Assembly (NCBI RefSeq): GCF_964204645.1
Contig: NC_134028.1
Coordinates: 15,073,653-15,137,652, forward strand
Source of the DNA: Tubulanus polymorphus
Taxonomy: Eukaryota > Animalia > Nemertea
Length of the DNA stretch: 64,000 nt
Direction: 5' to 3'
Shown here: in pieces, positions 63,065 to 64,000 of the stretch
Layout: every line of letters starts with the position of its first letter
Numbering within the stretch: the stretch's first letter is position 1
Translations under genes and position numbers: made by a program
Notes under the pieces: generated by a model
Seen by the model: only the letters and a program-made list of their open reading frames with translations
What the model was told of the DNA's origin: nothing
The model's database searches: none

Positions 63065-64000
63065 TTAACACGTTAGAATTCTTTTCATTATCTCGTTCTC
63101 TTTTGTTTCTTCTCTTTTAAATTTTAAGTATTCATCTAAATTACAACCATAAGCAACTGTATGAATTCCATCATCTAAAATATATCTTTTATCATCAAAA
63201 GGGTTTAGACTTATCTTTTCAATTTCTTCAATAAACATTTCATGATCTTCAGATCTTAAACATCTCATCTTATGTTTTCTAACTTCTTCATTGAATATAC
63301 AATTGATGTAATCTTTGAAATGAATATTCTTTTCTACTAGACTTTTGGTTATTCCTTTTAACTTTTTAGCTTCATGTTCTTTAGTTTTATATGAATACAT
63401 TTTAGATCTAATACCGATGAATTCAATCATTTCTTCACCACCTAATTCATCTTTGAATTTACCAGGAACGTTTTTATTATCATTGCTAAACAATTCATGA
63501 TTTTTAGGATAATTACTGAAATCAAAATGATGTTTTAATGTTTTTAAATCATCTGTTATGTTATAAGTTTTTATCTTTAATATGTAACTGTCAGCATCAA
63601 AATATAAGATTTCTATATCTTTTTCTCCAAAAAGTGGTTGTAATACATTATAATAGAATTCATACATTAGTAATTTTGATAATTCTAAAACTGAAACTCC
63701 AACATAAATTGGTTTATTAAATGTCATTGATGTTCTTCTCATTTTAAATGCGGCTAAATTTTCATCAAATATTCTGTTACCTAAAAACTTAGGATATGAT
63801 TGTAAATGCCTTATCCTTTTGCCATTACTTACTAACTCAATATCATTTCTATTTCTAATATTTTCACAAGTCTTACCATAGAATGCATTATTCATTAGTT
63901 TGAAGAAATCTTTCTCAAAATCAGTTTTAGCTTTAGTTCTCTGTTTGGTGTTAAAATCTATATATTTTTCTAACCACTTAGATTGACTGAATGAAATATA
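63065..64000 (-). CDS. polB: pPolB C-terminal part (continues beyond window); YFDADS in place of YFDTDS
   Basis: KLMNNAFYGKT, KPIYVG, GKFKDE, RSKMY, KLKGI, FDDKRY; near-identical to 25739-26560. Confidence 0.93.
   Translation of the reverse strand, partial: YISFSQSKWLEKYIDFNTKQRTKAKTDFEKDFFKLMNNAFYGKTCENIRNRNDIELVSNGKRIRHLQSYPKFLGNRIFDENLAAFKMRRTSMTFNKPIYVGVSVLELSKLLMYEFYYNVLQPLFGEKDIEILYFDADSYILKIKTYNITDDLKTLKHHFDFSNYPKNHELFSNDNKNVPGKFKDELGGEEMIEFIGIRSKMYSYKTKEHEAKKLKGITKSLVEKNIHFKDYINCIFNEEVRKHKMRCLRSEDHEMFIEEIEKISLNPFDDKRYILDDGIHTVAYGCNLDEYLKFKREETKENEIMKRILTC

Larger units (their letters stand above)
49634..64000 (-). mobile_element. Polinton/Maverick endogenous virus 2, opposite orientation, runs off the window
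   Basis: Begins AGTAATAGGG exactly where host unit C is interrupted; same gene order as Polinton 1 read in reverse. Confidence 0.93.

Overview
Eukaryotic, most likely invertebrate (inference from the element families), transposon-dense region with no recognisable host gene, rRNA or tRNA. The backbone is a head-to-tail series of a Helentron/HINE-like repeat (units starting near 2775, 14685 and 16716) carrying a 31-bp hairpin satellite. Nested in it are: (i) a non-coding TIR element (CATTATGAG...CTCATAATG) present twice at the same nucleotide of the host repeat but in opposite orientations (3411-9289; 21897-49442), with an empty site near 15435; (ii) a PIF/Harbinger transposon (17005-21484, TSD CAA); (iii) a complete but decayed Polinton/Maverick endogenous virus (22064-38947, TSD GTAGTG); (iv) a BEL/Pao LTR retrotransposon (39122-45228, TSD CTTTC); (v) a second, related Polinton in the opposite orientation from 49634 to beyond the window end. 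The Polintons are the most unusual part: a TAAATG start motif on 13 genes resembling the poxvirus late initiator, a block of membrane-protein genes, no visible adenain protease, fold-back hairpins inside the TIRs, TIRs that copy the pPolB N-terminus into chimeric genes, and mosaic hypervariable genes. All product calls come from motif recognition by eye; no database search was run.
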